Of a stretch of 64,000 nt of DNA, positions 61,938-64,000 are shown piece after piece. The first letter of the stretch is position 1. Each line of letters opens with the position of its first letter. The notes below the pieces were generated by a model. It was not told the DNA's origin. It saw nothing but the letters and a program-made list of their open reading frames with translations, and did not search any database. Where the stretch lies: contig DIYM01000017.1 in NCBI GenBank assembly GCA_002429045.1, positions 5,580 to 69,579 of the forward strand, in the 5' to 3' direction. Source of the DNA: Phycisphaerales bacterium UBA6054 (GTDB lineage: Bacteria; Planctomycetota; Phycisphaerae; Phycisphaerales; UBA1924). A program made the translations under genes and the position numbers.

Positions 61938-63458
61938 ATGGGCAGAACTCTCGCACTCGGGCTCCTGAGCATCATCGCTCTGAGCGTGTCCGCCCTGTTG
62001 ACGGTCGGGCAACCCCAAGCCGTTACGCAGCCTGATGACCCGGCCGCAGCCCACGAGCCAGTGCGAGATGTGAGCGGGTTCCGCGTCGACGGGCGGAGGG
62101 AACTCGAAGCGGTTGCATCACGCACGCTGACGTGGCTCACGGGGAGCTCCGAGCAGAACGACTACGTTTCCGTCGGACGGCTCGCACACTACTTCGGGTT
62201 CGTCAAGTTCCGCGTAGAGAGCGGAAACAGCGTGACACGGAGCGGGGCCGCACAGGAGACATACTCGCTTCTCGACCATGACCAACGCCAGCGGCTCCAT
62301 CAACTGGTTGAAGATCAGCGAGCCCCGTTTGAAAGAGCGATCATCGCTCGGCTCGCGATGAATCGCATGCTGGATCGGATGCGGTCCGGTGAGGGCGTCG
62401 ATCCGGGTGCGTTTTTGCGGCTCGGCGAAACCTACGGCCAAGCCGAAGCAGCGCTCGGGCAGACGCTCGCCGCCGGGCTCGGTGAAGTCGCCGGCTCGCT
62501 CACCGGCGCACAACGAACCGCGCTGACCCAGATGCGTGGCAAGTACGTATCAGGCCGGGCGGGCCGGTTCTCGATGCCGGCAGACGCCAAGAAGGCCGTC
62601 CGGCATCTCGATCGCGCCAGCACCCAAGAGCTCTGGAACGTGACCTCCAGACTGCTGACTTGGGTCACCGGAACACCAGAGGACAACGACTTCGAGACAG
62701 TCGGCAAGCCGAGCCAGCACTTCGGTTTCGTGAGCTTCCGGGTGGAATCGGGGCACGCGGTCAAGCGCGGAACGATCGCCAAGGAAGTGCTCGGATCGTT
62801 GACGCCCGAGCAGCGCGATGTACTGCAGAGCCTAGTTCGTGAGCAAGGAACTCGGTTCGCTGAGTTCTTGGCCACGCGCAGCCGCCTGTGCAGGGAACTG
62901 GAGCGCGCGCTGGAGTCCCAAGGCATCCGCGACGAGCACGTTGCCGCGATCGGGCGGGAGATGGGGCGACTCGAAGCCCAGATGACCTGGTCCCAAGCAA
63001 GCGGCATCTTGGGCGTGCGCGATCTGCTCACGAACGAACAAGCCGAGGCCATGCTCGAGATGCGAGCAAAGTACGTGCCCGAAGACGCTCCAGAGCTCAG
63101 CGACGAACTCGCCGACCTCGAACCGGAATCCCTCCTGGCGGCGCGGATCGTGCGAGGCCGCCAACTCTTCGCACAGTGCACGCTGTGCCATGTCGCATCC
63201 AACGGCGCACGAGTTGCAGCGCCCTCGCTGAATGGGATCGTGGGGCGCGGGGTCGCGAGTGACCACACGTACACCATGTACTCACCGGCGCTGCGTCAGC
63301 ACGCTGGAACGCAGAGCCGATGGACAACGGACGCACTCGACGCGTTCATCCGGTCGCCACGGACCGAGGTGCCCGGGACCACCATGGGCTTCGGCGGCAT
63401 CGACGATGAATCCGACAGAACAGCGCTGATCAGCTACCTGGAGTCGCTCTCCGATTAA
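61938..63458 (+). CDS. secreted LTXXQ-repeat (CpxP/Spy-like) protein fused to a class I c-type cytochrome
   Basis: Start at the internal ATG, giving the signal peptide MGRTLALGLLSIIALSVSALL. Two internally duplicated halves carry LLDHDQRQRL, SLTGAQRTAL, SLTPEQRDVL and LLTNEQAEAM. C-terminal CTLCH (CXXCH), …PGTTMGFGG… (Met ligand context) and …RTALISYLESL. Confidence 0.7.
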   Translation: MGRTLALGLLSIIALSVSALLTVGQPQAVTQPDDPAAAHEPVRDVSGFRVDGRRELEAVASRTLTWLTGSSEQNDYVSVGRLAHYFGFVKFRVESGNSVTRSGAAQETYSLLDHDQRQRLHQLVEDQRAPFERAIIARLAMNRMLDRMRSGEGVDPGAFLRLGETYGQAEAALGQTLAAGLGEVAGSLTGAQRTALTQMRGKYVSGRAGRFSMPADAKKAVRHLDRASTQELWNVTSRLLTWVTGTPEDNDFETVGKPSQHFGFVSFRVESGHAVKRGTIAKEVLGSLTPEQRDVLQSLVREQGTRFAEFLATRSRLCRELERALESQGIRDEHVAAIGREMGRLEAQMTWSQASGILGVRDLLTNEQAEAMLEMRAKYVPEDAPELSDELADLEPESLLAARIVRGRQLFAQCTLCHVASNGARVAAPSLNGIVGRGVASDHTYTMYSPALRQHAGTQSRWTTDALDAFIRSPRTEVPGTTMGFGGIDDESDRTALISYLESLSD

Positions 63459-63642
63459 CCGCCGATGCAGGAGGCGTGGCCTCAGATACGTCTTTGGCCC
63501 GGTCGGGACAGCGCTTGCGCGGTGCAGACCCCCGCCGCACCGAACGGCGGCCGCGAATCGGCCTGATCCGCCGCAAGGCCCGCACCGCCGGCAATCCGGA
63601 ACCCTCCGCCGCAGCGTCGAGGCGTTTCGGACCCGCAGCCTG

Positions 63643-63692
63643 CGGCGTTCCCAACGCTGAACGTCGTCCGTTCGATCCCGATCAACCGTTTT
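63643..63692 (+). repeat. third, diverged tRNA-Gly(CCC) 3' fragment (relic att site)
   Basis: CGGCGTTCCCAACGCTGAACGTCGTCCGTTCGATCCCGATCAACCGTTTT aligns to the 54-bp repeat. The TTCCCAA loop and TTCGATCCCGATCA are conserved, with a few substitutions and one indel. Confidence 0.7.
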
Positions 63693-63737
63693 CATCCCGC
63701 GACGCCGATCGGCACATCTCTTGGATGTCATAGATGG

Positions 63738-64000
63738 TCACGCCGGCCCGGGCGGATCACTCGCCGTCTTCGCCTGCATGCCGGCCCGAAGCGCGGCTCG
63801 GGCGGAGTATGCCCGTGAGTACAGCGTGCCTTCGGCGATACCAAGAATCTCCGCAGCGACGGAGCCCTTGATCTCACGAAGACTGAGCAGGCTCAGGGCT
63901 TCCCGCTGCGGATCGGGGAGCGCGGCAACTGCTTGCTCGAGCTCGGCACGCTGGTGTTCGTCAGCCGGGCTCTCAATGGCGGGTCGTGCCGCTCGTCGGG
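63738..64000 (-). CDS. ECF-type RNA polymerase sigma factor, C-terminal (region 4) part; 5' end lies outside the window
   Basis: Hand translation of the minus strand gives …LPDPQREALSLLSLREIKGSVAAEILGIAEGTLYSRAYSARAALRAGMQAKTASDPPGPA*. This is the typical sigma-70 region 4 HTH. Confidence 0.7.
   Translation of the reverse strand, partial: RRAARPAIESPADEHQRAELEQAVAALPDPQREALSLLSLREIKGSVAAEILGIAEGTLYSRAYSARAALRAGMQAKTASDPPGPA

Noticed and set aside
1-64000. Searched by eye for CRISPR arrays, rRNA genes, retron/DGR reverse transcriptases, toxin-antitoxin pairs and known defence systems (CBASS, Gabija, Thoeris and RM with nuclease)
   Set aside because: I recognised no repeat-spacer arrays, no RT, cyclase, TIR or nuclease-helicase signatures, and no nuclease paired with the Dam methylase. 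This absence rests on manual motif reading only and needs DefenseFinder/PADLOC to confirm.

Overview
High-GC bacterial chromosome segment (roughly two-thirds G+C by eye). It is probably Planctomycetota, Phycisphaerae-like, judging from a DUF1559 / H-X9-DG pseudopilin, a MoxR-DUF58-Bat operon and Zn-ribbon membrane proteins. Positions 1-37.9 kb look like core genome: thiolase, SDR, aspS, hppD, PhzF-like isomerase, SIS/GmhA-like isomerase, a solute-binding protein overlapping pyk, thiS, and a methylcitrate cluster (prpD, prpB, citrate-synthase-family gene) split by unrelated genes. The core also holds tig, tRNA-Leu(CAA) and an 8-gene MoxR/DUF58/BatA-E operon with serial 4-nt overlaps. At 37,925 a tRNA-Gly(CCC) carries an integrated element of about 23.7 kb (37,948-61,698), bounded by perfect 54-bp direct repeats of the tRNA 3' half. 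Every gene called on it is on the + strand. It encodes a tyrosine integrase, a wHTH protein containing five iterons, Dam methylase, terminase, lambda-type portal, a protease-capsid fusion, tail tube, chaperone, tape measure and distal tail proteins. No repressor, excisionase or lysis genes are recognisable. Its left arm (38.0-43.3 kb) is the least explained part: an unknown ORF, about 400 nt of apparently non-coding DNA with a consensus-like promoter and palindrome, an RMF-like peptide overlapping dam, a coiled-coil protein and an 878-aa protein of unknown function. Beyond attR lies a 1.9-kb relic island carrying an LTXXQ-repeat/cytochrome c fusion. It ends at a third, diverged tRNA-Gly 3' fragment (63,643-63,692), after which comes a partial ECF sigma gene. 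No CRISPR array, rRNA, or recognised defence or toxin-antitoxin system was seen. All family calls come from motifs read in the translations, not from database searches.
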